This document shows, in pieces, positions 34,616 to 44,963 of a stretch of 64,000 nt of DNA. The stretch comes from Candidatus Multivorans sp. (GTDB lineage Bacteria > Acidobacteriota > Thermoanaerobaculia > Multivoradales > Multivoraceae), in NCBI GenBank assembly GCA_965224025.1, contig OZ245033.1, positions 800,001 to 864,000 of the forward strand, in the 5' to 3' direction. The translations under genes were made by a program, and so were the position numbers. The notes beneath the pieces are model-generated. The model was not told where the DNA came from. It was given only the letters and a program-made list of their open reading frames with translations, and made no database searches. The stretch's first letter is position 1. Every line of letters starts with the position of its first letter.

Positions 34616-35482
34616 TTACGCCGCAGCCGCCGTCGCCGGGGCTGTGGAAAACTCTCGATTCTGCGGAATGCCCATTAGTCCGCGGTGGGCTTCGGCAGGT
34701 GTCCTGCCGCCGAGCGCCGTGTGTGGCCGCTCCTCATTGTAGAAGGCGAGCCACCCATCGATCACCCGCCGCGCCTCGATGCCGTCGACGAGTTCGTTCA
34801 GGTAGACCGCCTCGTACTTCAGCGAGCGCCACAGGCGCTCGATGAAGATGTTGTCGAGGAAGCGACCCCGGCCGTCCATCGAGATCTTCACCGTCGCGTT
34901 CTCGAGAAGACCGGTGAAGTCGCCGCTCGTGAACTGGCTCCCCTGATCCGTGTTGAAGATGTCCGGCTTGCCGTACCGGTCGAGGGCTTCGGCGAAGGCC
35001 TCGACGCAGAACGATGCGTCCAGGCTGTTCGACAGCCGCCAGGACAACACCCGACGGCTCGCCCAGTCCATGACCGCCACCAGGTACAGGAACCCGCCGC
35101 GCACCGGAATGTACGTTATGTCCGAGCACCAGACTTGATCCGGACGCTCGATGGAAAGCCCCCTGAGCAGATAGGGATAGACCTTGTGCTCCGGGTGAGG
35201 CTTGCTGGTCCGCGGCGCCCGGTAGATCGCCGCGATACCCATCAACCGCATCAGACGCCGCACCCGGTGACGACCGACCCGAACGCCCTCTCGGCGAAGG
35301 TGGCGGACCATCTGACGCGAACCGTAGAACGGGTACAGCAGGAACAGCTCGTCGATCCTGCGCATCAGGGCCAGCGTCTCGGCGCTCTCGCCCTTGGGCC
35401 GGTAGTACAGCGAGGAACGGCTGATCTCGAGCAGACGGCACTGCCGACTCAAGCTCACGTCACCCGTCTCCCGCTCGATCAT
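34616..35482 (-). CDS. IS3 transposase OrfB
   Basis: WCSDITY, NTDQGSQF, DNIFIERLWRSLKYE motifs; -1 frame relative to OrfA. Confidence 0.95.
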   Translation of the reverse strand: MIERETGDVSLSRQCRLLEISRSSLYYRPKGESAETLALMRRIDELFLLYPFYGSRQMVRHLRREGVRVGRHRVRRLMRLMGIAAIYRAPRTSKPHPEHKVYPYLLRGLSIERPDQVWCSDITYIPVRGGFLYLVAVMDWASRRVLSWRLSNSLDASFCVEAFAEALDRYGKPDIFNTDQGSQFTSGDFTGLLENATVKISMDGRGRFLDNIFIERLWRSLKYEAVYLNELVDGIEARRVIDGWLAFYNEERPHTALGGRTPAEAHRGLMGIPQNREFSTAPATAAAA

Positions 35483-35502
35483 CCGCAGGCGCTCGGTCCG
35501 GC

Positions 35503-35784
35503 TCAGTGCCCGAGCCCCCTGGACAAGAAATCCCGCTCGATCGTCAGCTCCCCGATCTTCGCGTGCAGGTCCCTGATCTCCTCCTCGTGGTCCCGGCGCC
35601 GCTCCGGCCCGGCCGAGAAGGTCTCACTCATCCCCTCGATCGCCTTCCGCTTCCAACTGCTCACCTGATTCGGGTGAATCCGGTGCCGCGATGCGATCGC
35701 CGCGAGCGGCTTCTCCTCACGCAGCGCCTCAAGCGCCACCTTCGACTTGAAAGCCGCAGTGAACTTCCGACGCTTCCTCTTCAT
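35503..35784 (-). CDS. IS3 transposase OrfA (HTH)
   Basis: KRRKFTAAFKSKVALEAL, HPNQV..WK, LHAKIGELTIERDFL motifs. Confidence 0.93.
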   Translation of the reverse strand: MKRKRRKFTAAFKSKVALEALREEKPLAAIASRHRIHPNQVSSWKRKAIEGMSETFSAGPERRRDHEEEIRDLHAKIGELTIERDFLSRGLGH

Positions 35785-36559
35785 CCTGGCTCCTCCTCTA
35801 GGTCGAGGAGTACACCTTAGCCACCTGTCCAGTTTTCCGGGACCACCTCAGGCATCCCCTTCGACGCAATCGCCAACTACGACGAGGGCAAGCGCGAGTA
35901 CCAGGGGCTGCAGTTCGAGTACAACCGGCGCTACCGGGGCAACTGGACGCTCAGAACCAACTACACGCTCTCGAAGGCCGAGGGCAACGCCGTCGGGAAC
36001 ATCACGAACAACGACACGACGGACGCCGACACCTTCCTCGAGGGAAGGGGAGGGGTCGACGTGGTGACCGGTCGGACGGATAGCACCGCGGTCAACCGCT
36101 TCGGCCCGACTTCGTCCGATCGCACGCACAATCTCAACGTGGTGGCGCTCAAGCACTGGGAGTTGGGGCGCCACAGGCTGGGGCTCGGCGCGACTGGCTG
36201 GTTCCGTTCCGGCCGCCCCTGGACTCGTATCGGCCGGGCCACGGTGGCTCATCCGGTGAGCGGGCAGAGGATCGTCACCGAGACCTACCGCGAGCCGCGC
36301 GGCTCCAACGAACTCGAAAACACGATGAACATCCACCTGACCGCCACCTGGGACTTCCCGCTGAGCGGCCGCGTGGAAGGGCAGTTGCGAGGCGAGTTGG
36401 CGAACGCCACCGACGAGCAGGAACAGATCATCGTCAATCCGTTCAACGCCCGCCCGTTCCCCGGACGCATCTCCTATCAGGTGCCTCGAGAGTTCCGGGT
36501 GGTGGTGGGCATTCGGTTCTAGCGCGGGCATCGGGCAGGCCGCTGGTAGTACCTGCGGC

Positions 36560-36988
36560 TCAGCCCGCCCCGGCCTGCAACGAGGCGTAGCTCCGGTAGT
36601 GCCCGTCGGGCACCGCCATGAGTTCCTCGTGCGTTCCCTCTTCCCGGATCTCGCCGTCCTCCAGGAAGTAGATCCGGTCCGCATTGGCGATCGTCGACAG
36701 GCGGTGGGCGATGATGATGACCAGCTTGTCCTTCGCCGCCTCGTGCAGGGCGTTGACGAAATAGGCCTCGGTCTCGGGATCGAGTGCTGAGGTCGGTTCG
36801 TCCAGGATCAGGATGCGCGCATCGAAGAGGCGCATGTAGGAGAGCACGCGCGCGAAGATGCGCAGGACTTCGCGAAACGGGATGTCGGTGTGGACGTCGA
36901 GCGCACTCGCCGAGCGGTCGAGCTCTTTCTCTTTCTCTCGGAGCGATGCGCGCCATGTCCGCGGATCGTGGGACCTGGCTTGCCTCAT
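36560..36988 (-). pseudogene. ABC exporter remnant: N-terminus joined to the last part of the ATPase domain
   Basis: ILILDEPTSALD, IIAHRLSTI, GTHEEL present; Walker A, signature motif and TM domain absent. Confidence 0.8.
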
Positions 36989-36995
36989 CGTCTAA

Positions 36996-38403
36996 GCCGA
37001 AGTTCTGAGCTTCAAGTCGTGAAATCGCCTGTAGTGGTGGGCGTTTTCAGTTGTTCGGCGGTGTCTTGTACTGGGTACGTCGGCTTCAGGGGCGGATGCC
37101 GAGTAGTTTGAAGGCTTCGTTCTGGAGTGGAGTGGGCCGTGCGCGCACGGCGATGGCGTCCTTGCCGCGCAGGGGGTTCTTCTTGCGCCGCGTCGCCGCA
37201 ACGACGGCGTCGAGCTTGCGCTCGGTGGCTTCGAGAAGCTCCTGGCGCTTGCGGCCGCGTTCCTCCGCCAGAAGCGGGTTCCGGCACACCACGAGGCGCT
37301 CCTTCGGGTACAGCTCCGGGACCCTGATCTCGGCCATCTTCCGCTGGTCGAAGAGCGACAGTTGCAGGTGGCCTTCCTGGGCCAGCGTCCTGATCGCCGG
37401 CGCGCGCAGGGCGCTGATCCAGGACAGGCCCGCGGGGTCGAGGTCCTCGCGGATGCGCGCGTCGGTGATCAGGCCCCGGTCTGAGACCATCACGATCCTC
37501 TCCAGCGAGAAGCGGTCGCGGAGCTTCTGCACCTGGGCGTTCAGGGTCGTCGGATCGGCCGTGTTGCCCTCGAATACCTCGACCGCGACCGGGCATCCGT
37601 CCCGGCTGCAGAGCAGGCCGAAGACGATCTGGACCTTGCCTCTCTTCTTGTCCCTGGAGTAGCCGTGCCTGGCCAGCGTGCACTTCCTGCCCTCAAAGTA
37701 GACCGAGGTCACGTCGCAGAGCACCAGCGAGCCGTCTTCCAGATGCCGCCGGGCAAGAGTCCGCTCGATGCGCGGCTGTCTTTCGAGCAGCCAGTCCATG
37801 GCGCCGTAGAGTTCGTCGGCCGAGGCCTCCTGCACGCCGAGTTCCTCGCCGAGGGTGTGGCTCATGGTCTCGCTTGCGAGTCCGCGGGCGGTGGCGAGCT
37901 TGGATCGCGGCTCGAGGATGCGGGCCGCGATCATGGCCAGCGCCAGCGCCCGCTCGCGCGAGGGCCGTCGATCGAGGAGCCGTTCGAGGCCGAGGCTTCG
38001 GGCCGCGCCGAGGACGGCGGCGACGTGGCCGTGCGGTCTGGCGCGCAGGATCTCGAAGGCTGCCTCGAGCGAAGGCAGGGCGACTCCTCCCTTGAGCAGG
38101 GTTCTGAGTCCTTCGACGAGTTGGTCGGGCCACTTGGAGAGGTTGGCGAGAGTGCGTTTCTTGACCTTTCCGTCCTGTCGGTAGGACTCTCTCAGCAGGA
38201 CGGCTGGTGGTGAGTTTCGGTTGGGTACCCGTTCGATGTACATGGCTTCTCATTGTAGACGAAACCATTCAGAATATCTACATGACACGAGATCATTACA
38301 TGGCTACCAATGGCAGAAAACAGGGGCGGCCCAACACCCGAAAACCCAAGCACTGCAACGCCTCTCGACGACGAGGAGGCCCCAGGAGCCTCAGAACTTC
38401 GGG
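36996..38403 (-). mobile_element. IS1634-family element, internally deleted
   Basis: IRs CCGAAGTTCTGAG / CTCAGAACTTCGG; flanking direct repeat CTAA(G). Confidence 0.85.
37086..38243 (-). pseudogene. IS1634-family transposase with probable in-frame internal deletion
   Basis: LLRESYR..GKVKKRTLANLS, DVTSVYFEG, GYSRD, SDRG; jumps from AIAVR to the terminal PTPLQ..AF.LL, and the third DDE region is not seen. Confidence 0.8.
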
Positions 38404-40029
38404 CTAAGGTCGCGCGTCCGCGGAGGCGGTCAGTATCGATTCCGGCAGCGCCGCTCGCCAGCCCGCGTGCAGGCTACGGGACAGCTCCTCTACGTGCCCA
38501 CGCCGACCGGGATCAGACGCCAGATTCTCCCACTCGAAGGGATCTTCTTCGAGATCGTAGAGTTCGCGCTCCGTCTCGCCGCCGGTCGCCTCGAGCGGGG
38601 TCCATTCGGTGTACCGATAGCGCTGAGTGCGTAGGGTGCGGCCGTGGAAGCGCCCGCGCTTCGACTCCGAGAAGGCCGCCGACTTCCACGGGCGGTCCGG
38701 TTCGTCGAGCAGCGGCCGGAAGCTCGTGCCTTCGAGTTCATGCGCCGGTGTCGGCAAGTTGCACAGCTCGACGAGCGTCGGGTAGAGATCGACCAGTTCC
38801 ACCAGTCCGCCCGTGACGTCTCCGGCTTGCCGTCCGCCCGCGACCTCTCCGGCCTGTCGGCCGCCCGGAAGGCGGACGAGGAGCGGTACGCGGGTCGACT
38901 CCTCGAACTGGAAGGTCTTGCGCCACAGCCCCCCGTGCTCGTTCAACTGGAAGCCGTGGTCGCTGGTGAACACGACGATCGTGGAGTCGGCGAGGTCGAG
39001 CAGCTCCAGGGCGTCCAGCAGTTGGCCTACGTAGAAGTCGGTCATCGTGACCATCGCGTGGTACGCGGCAATGGCCTGCTTGCGTTGCCTCTCCGTGTGG
39101 GCGGCGTCGTCCGGCAGCAGTCGGAACGCCGCGGCGGGCAGGTCGTCGGTGTCGTCGGGCGGCGTCCGCGGCAGCCTGATCTCATCGACCGGATGCTGCT
39201 CGAAGAACTCCACGGGACCTACCCACGGCTGGTGGGGTTTGTGGAAACCGGCGGCGATGAAGAAGGGTTTGTCCCGGTTCTCGGCCATCAACTGGACGAT
39301 GCGCGTCGCCGTGGTTCCGTCCGGCGTCATGCGCGGCGACTCCCGGGTCGCGCGCCATGACAGGGGAAGACCTGCTCGCCGCCCCAGAGTCCTGAGGACA
39401 TCGGCGCGTGACATGCCGTTCTCGGAGCCGTCCACCCAGGTGTTGTCCCGCTGCTCGGACAGGTCGATGCCGGGCAGGTAACCCGGCAGGTGAAGGCGCA
39501 GTTCCGGCTCTCGCGACAGCACGAACTTCGACACGTCCCACATCACCACGTGCTCGAAGATGTTGTGGGCGATCTTGCCCACCCGCGCCGTGAAGTAGCC
39601 ATGATCGTGGAAGTGCTCCGGCAGCATGCGCAGGTCGTCTCCGATCTTGCTGCGGGGAGGCGTCTGGCCGTTGTAGATGTCCGTTGTGGGCGGCCGCAGT
39701 CCGCTCAGGAACGAGGTCCGCGACGGGTTGCAGAGCGGGTTCTGCACGTAGGCCCGGTCGAAGCGAATGCCTTCCGCGGCCAGGCGGTCCAGATTCGGGG
39801 TCTTCGCGCCCGCGTACTGCGGCGAGGGCGCCGAGGCGAGGTAGGAGCCCAGTGCGACGTTCAGATCGTCGGCGACGATGAACAGGACGTTTGGACGCTC
39901 GTCGAGGCCCGCTTGCCGATTCGGCGCCGCGGCCGCCAGCAGGAGCTGATCGGACCGGTCGCCGGGCTGCGCGGCGCAAGGCACGCAGAGCAGCGCGCTG
40001 AGGAGCAGGAGTGTCGCTTGCTTTCCCAT
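38404..40029 (-). CDS. Sulfatase (iduronate-2-sulfatase-like), secreted
   Basis: NVLFIVADDL, CNPSR formylglycine motif, GKIAH, KPH, SDHG motifs. Confidence 0.93.
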   Translation of the reverse strand: MGKQATLLLLSALLCVPCAAQPGDRSDQLLLAAAAPNRQAGLDERPNVLFIVADDLNVALGSYLASAPSPQYAGAKTPNLDRLAAEGIRFDRAYVQNPLCNPSRTSFLSGLRPPTTDIYNGQTPPRSKIGDDLRMLPEHFHDHGYFTARVGKIAHNIFEHVVMWDVSKFVLSREPELRLHLPGYLPGIDLSEQRDNTWVDGSENGMSRADVLRTLGRRAGLPLSWRATRESPRMTPDGTTATRIVQLMAENRDKPFFIAAGFHKPHQPWVGPVEFFEQHPVDEIRLPRTPPDDTDDLPAAAFRLLPDDAAHTERQRKQAIAAYHAMVTMTDFYVGQLLDALELLDLADSTIVVFTSDHGFQLNEHGGLWRKTFQFEESTRVPLLVRLPGGRQAGEVAGGRQAGDVTGGLVELVDLYPTLVELCNLPTPAHELEGTSFRPLLDEPDRPWKSAAFSESKRGRFHGRTLRTQRYRYTEWTPLEATGGETERELYDLEEDPFEWENLASDPGRRGHVEELSRSLHAGWRAALPESILTASADARP

Positions 40030-40085
40030 GTGGCTCTCCCTTGCTCAACTCCATGGCCTCGGTCCCCATAGAGTTGGGGGACCGA

Positions 40086-41117
40086 ATGTCTGTTGTACCG
40101 CCGTTGTCGCCGCTCAGGGCGATCGTATCCGGGCCGGCGATGCTGCTGTCAGTGCTCCTCGCACCGGTGCTCGGGTGCGTGCCCGAGAGCCGAGCCGACC
40201 GGCTGGAGAGCGGCGCCGCGGCCCACCGACGCCCCGCCGTCGGCGGTCCCCGCTACGGCGGCCACCTGCGAGTCGCCCACTCCCTCGAGCCCACGTCGCT
40301 CGACGCGGTCCTCGGGCGGTCGGGCGCCGACGCCTACTTCTGGCGGCAGATCTTCGATCAACTGGTGGATGCGGACCCGCAGCTCAATCCGCGGCCGGAG
40401 ACCTCACTGGCGACCTCCTGGGAGATCGCGACGGACCCCGACTCGATCACCTTCCAGCTTCGGGAGGGCGTCGTCTTCCACGACGGCACGCCCTTCAACG
40501 CCCAGGCGGTGAAGGCCAACATCGAGCGGATCCTCGACCCGGAGACGATCGCCACGCCGCGCGCATCGCTGGCTGTGATCGAGGCGGTCGAGGTGATCGC
40601 CGAGTACACCGTGCGCTTCGATCTGGCGCGGGCGTGGGGCGCGGGCTTCGGCATGCTGGCCGACCGGGGCGGCGTGATGAGCTCGCCGGCCGCGATCGAG
40701 GCGCTCGGCCCCGACTACGGCTGGAACCCGTCCGGGACGGGGCCGTTCAAACTCGAGGAGGTGATCACCGGCACGCTCGTGCACCTGGTGCGGAACGAGG
40801 ACTACTGGGGCCGGGACGAGCACGGCAATCAGCTTCCGTACCTCGACGAGGTGACGATCCGGGTGATCCGCGACGAGACGGTGCGCGCGGCCGCTTTGCG
40901 CACGGGGGAGATCGACGTCACCTACCTCCCCTACAAGGACGTGTCGACCTTCGAGCGGGACGAGCGGATCCAGATGGAGACGATGCCGGGCGGCGGCATC
41001 GCGCTCACGCTGGTGTTCAACGTGAACAAGCCGCCGCTCGACGACGTGAACGTGCGGCTGGTGGGGGACGCGCTGCGGGATCTGTTGGATCCGCGGTTGC
41101 GGGGGGTGATTCATTGA
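40086..41117 (+). pseudogene. Family 5 ABC solute-binding protein, truncated and fused to a DppC/OppC permease C-terminus
   Basis: LATSW, LREGVVFHDGTPFNA, GTGPF motifs; ends abruptly in LVGDALRDLLDPR. Confidence 0.8.
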
Positions 41118-41206
41118 GGGGGGAGCGGCGTTCGCTTCTAGCCTGGCGCGGGGGAACTTTGCGGACACTCGTGATGCAAAGCAACCCCGAACCGAACCTT
41201 CCTCGC

Positions 41207-42766
41207 TCACGCCGTCGTGCTAGCCGTTTGGTCTTCTCTAGGGCATGCGGAGTCTCCTTCGGGTGAACTCTGGCGCTCCAAGAAAGTGCAAAGGTGCTCC
41301 ACCTTGGATAGAAGCTCATCGAAGGTCATCACCACCACGTCCTTCGAGTTGTGGCGGAAAATCTCGAAAGATCTGACGCGGTCGTCCTCCGCCGGCATTC
41401 GCCCTGCGAGCAAGTACGCCTGCACGTGATGGGCTTCTACACGAAGCGTAGGATTGCGATGCCGGTGCCAAGCGATCTCGTCCTCGAACCTCTTCTTCTG
41501 GTCAAGTGCCTGGTTCATGGCGCCGACGAGTTCGCGCGACGGCACGTACACGCCCTTTCTGTATGCTCTCTGGTTAAGCAACCGTAACTTGGGTGTCTTG
41601 ATCTCGACCAGAGCAGCGTTGTTCGTCAAGGAATTTTTCACCAAGAAGTCCGTGATCTTGTCTCCACTTCCGTCGATCTTCCGGCCGCCAACAGATGCTT
41701 GGTCGGCGACGTAGACGAAAGGTCGGCCGAAGACCATTGACAACACGAATGGATTGGCCTGAAGGAAGTCCTGCCACGTTTCTTCATCGTGCTCGGTCTT
41801 CATCATCTTCCTCAGATTGTCGAGGAGGTCCCTCGTTCTTGCAGTCACGATCCCCGACTCCAGACCGTCGAGTGTGGCCGGTTCGTGCTCGAGAATGGAG
41901 CTGGCGTTTTCCGCCAGAGTATCTACGAGCTCGGTCTGTTCTGCGCGAGACAAAGGCCTTTCGCCGTTAAGGAGGGCGGTGAGAGCCTTTCGGAGTTCCG
42001 CCCTTCCATACTTCATCGGGCGGCTCGGGAGGCCTAGCACGGCGGCGAACTCGTTGTACGTCGATGTTTGGTTAACCGTGTTGGCCGCTGCGCGGGATGT
42101 GTTGTTAACGCGGTCGACCAACTTCTTGAGGGTTAGCATGTCGCTGGCGGAGACGACGAATGTCTTTGAGTCTTCCCGGTATTCCGTTGAGCCGTCTTGG
42201 GTGATATGGAGTTCTTGGGCGTCGGTGAGCTCCTCGATGGCGTACAGGACCGACCTGTAGGCCCGTCTGAAGCCCAAGCCATATTGGGGATCCTTGACGC
42301 AGTAGGGAGGGAGGCCAGCAAGGAGATTCAGGATGTCGTCAGTGGATGTCGGGACGGTTTCGTCAAGCTCTGGCTGCCGGATCTCGTGGTCGAGTTCTTC
42401 TCTCTTCGTCTTGCCGAAGTAGGAGCCCAGGAACTTGGGCTCCGGCTGCTCCTCGGTAGTTGGGTTGGCTCCGGAGTAGACGACGCGTCCGCCGGAGAAC
42501 GAGATCCGCTTGATTCGGTCGTACTTGGATCGGACGGCCCGTTCGGGGTAGACGAGGTTCTTCATCGGAAACATGGTCAAGAGCCCGTCTAGGACGTTGA
42601 CTTGAAACAGTCGAACGCGATCCGGTTTCGTGTCGCGCTCGTCGGCGGTGGCTCCGAAGCGTCGTTGGGGTTGGAAGTACACGTTGACTTCGCCTGGGCC
42701 GACTCGCTCGAGAGCAAGAGGGTCCTCCCAAGAGTGATGTTCAAAGTCGTCGTCAGGACTGACCAT
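41207..42766 (-). CDS. sduA: Shedu-like anti-phage nuclease (DUF4263) with large N-terminal domain
   Basis: E..WQ.FL..NP, DFL, VEIKTP, A.NQ..DQ, TFDELL motifs; lower GC. Confidence 0.82.
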   Translation of the reverse strand: MVSPDDDFEHHSWEDPLALERVGPGEVNVYFQPQRRFGATADERDTKPDRVRLFQVNVLDGLLTMFPMKNLVYPERAVRSKYDRIKRISFSGGRVVYSGANPTTEEQPEPKFLGSYFGKTKREELDHEIRQPELDETVPTSTDDILNLLAGLPPYCVKDPQYGLGFRRAYRSVLYAIEELTDAQELHITQDGSTEYREDSKTFVVSASDMLTLKKLVDRVNNTSRAAANTVNQTSTYNEFAAVLGLPSRPMKYGRAELRKALTALLNGERPLSRAEQTELVDTLAENASSILEHEPATLDGLESGIVTARTRDLLDNLRKMMKTEHDEETWQDFLQANPFVLSMVFGRPFVYVADQASVGGRKIDGSGDKITDFLVKNSLTNNAALVEIKTPKLRLLNQRAYRKGVYVPSRELVGAMNQALDQKKRFEDEIAWHRHRNPTLRVEAHHVQAYLLAGRMPAEDDRVRSFEIFRHNSKDVVVMTFDELLSKVEHLCTFLERQSSPEGDSACPREDQTASTTA

Positions 42767-42993
42767 GGATTGCTCTCTGAAGTTCTAGAGGGTGGCTACC
42801 CTTCGCTAGAGGACGTGGATGGGTATCGCTTGAGTGACCAAGTCGCTTTCCGGTGGGGTGGGCCAATCGTGCGCCCAGCCGCTGCTCTCGATCGTACCGG
42901 GCGCGGCGGTTGTCCGCCTAGTGCTGGTGTCCAAGAGCGTTGGGCGGGCTGCGGCTCCGAGGGCGATTCACTGAGCGAGGATGGGTGTCGTTC

Positions 42994-43022
42994 TTGACTA
43001 CTGTGTCGCTTAGCGCTACATT
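42994..43022 (+). promoter_or_regulatory. Sigma70-like promoter, probably leaderless, with imperfect palindromic operator
   Basis: TTGACT-17 bp-TACATT, 6 nt before the GTG start; TGTCGCTTAGCGCTACA overlaps it. Confidence 0.65.
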
Positions 43023-43028
43023 CTTCCA

Positions 43029-43283
43029 GTGAAGGAGATCGTCTACAGCCGTAGCGCCGTGAGGGTCCTGACCCGTATGCCCCGCAACCACGCCATGCGC
43101 CTACGCCGCAAGATCCGGGCTTTCGTCGAAGAACCCGCCTCCCAAGCGAACAACGTGTCCCGACTGCGGGGCTCCGGTGGACTACTCCGGCTTCGCGTTG
43201 GCGACTGGCGGGCCATCATGCGCGACGGTGACCGGCTTGAGATCCTTCACGTCGCGAGCCGCGGCAGTGTCTACAAGGAGTGA
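43029..43283 (+). CDS. RelE/ParE-family toxin
   Basis: RLRVGDWR, SRGSVY motifs; 84 aa, basic. Confidence 0.85.
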   Translation: MKEIVYSRSAVRVLTRMPRNHAMRLRRKIRAFVEEPASQANNVSRLRGSGGLLRLRVGDWRAIMRDGDRLEILHVASRGSVYKE

Positions 43284-43286
43284 CGC

Positions 43287-43634
43287 ATGACTGACACCGT
43301 GACGATCCCGAAGGCCGAGTACCAGCGCCTTTGCACCGTGGAGGAGGATCTGGCCGACATCCAGGCCGCCCTTGTTGTTCAGGAGAGAATCGACGCTGGG
43401 TCCGAGGAGTTCGTTCCGGAGGCGGTCGTCGGCCGGCTGATCGACGGCGAGCCGCCTCTGCGGGTCTGGCGCGAACACCGCGGCCTCTCGCAGGCCGCCC
43501 TGGCCCGCGCCGCCGACACAAGCCGCGTCCAGATCGTAGACATCGAAGCCGGTCGCCGAACCGGCTCTGTTTACACGCTTCGGCGACTTGCCGACGCTCT
43601 CCGCATTACCCTGGACGACATCGTTCCGGGTTGA
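43287..43634 (+). CDS. XRE-HTH antitoxin (HigA-like)
   Basis: PLRVWREHRGLSQAALA..IEAGRRTGS HTH; directly downstream of the toxin. Confidence 0.88.
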   Translation: MTDTVTIPKAEYQRLCTVEEDLADIQAALVVQERIDAGSEEFVPEAVVGRLIDGEPPLRVWREHRGLSQAALARAADTSRVQIVDIEAGRRTGSVYTLRRLADALRITLDDIVPG

Positions 43635-43672
43635 AGCCGCGGCTCGACGTGGAGGAGTAGATAGAACGTCGC

Positions 43673-43815
43673 TCAGCGCGAGCCGGCTTCGCGGACCTGG
43701 CCGCGGAGCTGGTCGAAGTAAGCGGCGTCGGCTTTGCCGGTCCCCGGCGACGCGGCTCCCGCCGAGAGTTGGTCGCGTAAGCGCTGGCGGTCGCAGTCCC
43801 TCCGGGTTACTTCGC
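43673..43815 (-). pseudogene. ParD-like antitoxin C-terminal fragment
   Basis: RQRLR..L.AGAASP...ADAAYFD.LR pattern. Confidence 0.5.
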
Positions 43816-43869
43816 GGACGTGGACCGTGGCGTCCATCGCGGCTTCCGGATGGATGTACCGCCTCACAT

Positions 43870-44331
43870 TCACGGAGCCGCGATGACGTGGCCAATCATC
43901 GTCGAGCCCTCGAACACCGCCTTGTCGGCGACGTTTCTCTCGTCGACAAAGAAGAAGTCGAAGGTCTCGTCTCGGTCGACGTCACCGTGGAGCATCACGA
44001 TGAACTGGGTGCCGGGCGCCGGCTCGGGGGCCGTCTGGACATCGATCGTCACGCTCTCGTGGGTGCCCGCGGGCAGGTACTTCGCGCCGACATAGATCTC
44101 GCCCTGAGGCTCACCGCCCTCGAAGGGGTGGAGCACCAGCCAACCCGGCTCCGCGAGAGTCACTTCACGGAACGTGAAGGTGCGGCCCTGGCGGGTCATG
44201 TCATCCACGACGATCGAGTTCTTCTCCCCGTTGCCGATCATCATTTCCTGGCTCGACGCCGAAGGCGGTACGGCGAACGCGAGAAGCGCGAGGCAGACCA
44301 GGCTGCGGCTGGCAGTGGGGAGGAAGTTCAT
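43870..44331 (-). CDS. Secreted hypothetical protein (small beta-rich domain)
   Basis: Signal peptide; GWLVLH and MLHGD motifs. Confidence 0.65.
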   Translation of the reverse strand: MNFLPTASRSLVCLALLAFAVPPSASSQEMMIGNGEKNSIVVDDMTRQGRTFTFREVTLAEPGWLVLHPFEGGEPQGEIYVGAKYLPAGTHESVTIDVQTAPEPAPGTQFIVMLHGDVDRDETFDFFFVDERNVADKAVFEGSTMIGHVIAAP

Positions 44332-44504
44332 GGTCGAGTACCCCTCGAAGCGGGAAGGCGGAATGTTGAGAACGCGCGGCAAGCTACCACGCTGCCCGGT
44401 GCCGGTCGGCCAGCCTCCGGGTTGCCGGCGAAGCTCAGATGGTCGGTTAGTGTCGCCGGCTTCGGGGCACTGCTCCGCTTTGGCGATCGACAAGCTGGAG
44501 GGCC

Positions 44505-44731
44505 TGGCGAGCGACCACTACACGTACAGAGTCACCTGGTCAGCCGAAGTCGAGGAGCACTTGGGCCTCTGCGTCGAGTTCCCGTCGCTCAGTTGGCTGG
44601 CACCGACGCCCGACGAGGCGTTGGCCGGCATCCGTGAGCTGGTTGCCAGCGGCGTGGAAGACATGCGAGCGAGCGGCGAGGAACCGCCGCTGTCGTTGGA
44701 GGACAGGGTCTATGCCCGCGAAAGCTCATAA
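44505..44731 (+). pseudogene. HicB-like antitoxin N-terminal fragment
   Basis: HYTYRVTWS, EFPSLSWLA.TP.EAL.GI, GEEPP motifs; DNA-binding tail absent. Confidence 0.7.
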
Positions 44732-44939
44732 GGCCAGGGTGATCAGTTCGAAGGTGGACGAAGCCGCCTGGAACGAGCTTCGCGACCTGGCAAGGGAGAC
44801 CAAGCGGAGCGTTTCGGCAGTGCTCTCCGAGGCGGTCGAGGAATACCTGGCGCGGCGCCGGGTACAGCCGGACGTGCTCCGGCATCTGGAGGACTCGATG
44901 CGCGAGAATGATGAGTTGGGGAAGCTCCTGGCGCAGTAG
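44712..44939 (+). CDS. Ribbon-helix-helix protein (antitoxin-like)
   Basis: ISSKVDE..W.ELR.LA.E..RSVS.VL.EAV.EYL pattern. Confidence 0.65.
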   Translation: MPAKAHKARVISSKVDEAAWNELRDLARETKRSVSAVLSEAVEEYLARRRVQPDVLRHLEDSMRENDELGKLLAQ

Positions 44940-44963
44940 CGTCTTCCTCGGCCGAGTTGCACC

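Larger units (their letters stand above)
34554..35850 (-). mobile_element. IS3-family insertion sequence
   Basis: IRs TGAGGTGGTCCCGG..TGGACAG / CTGTCCA..CCGGGACCACCTCA; 3-bp direct repeat GGC on both sides. Confidence 0.95.
32505..36522 (+). pseudogene. TonB-dependent receptor (carboxypeptidase regulatory-like N-domain) interrupted by IS3
   Basis: Signal peptide, GTVEGVVTD, AEYGR..GGV.N.V.K.G; frame resumes at 35854 and ends GIRF. Confidence 0.9.
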
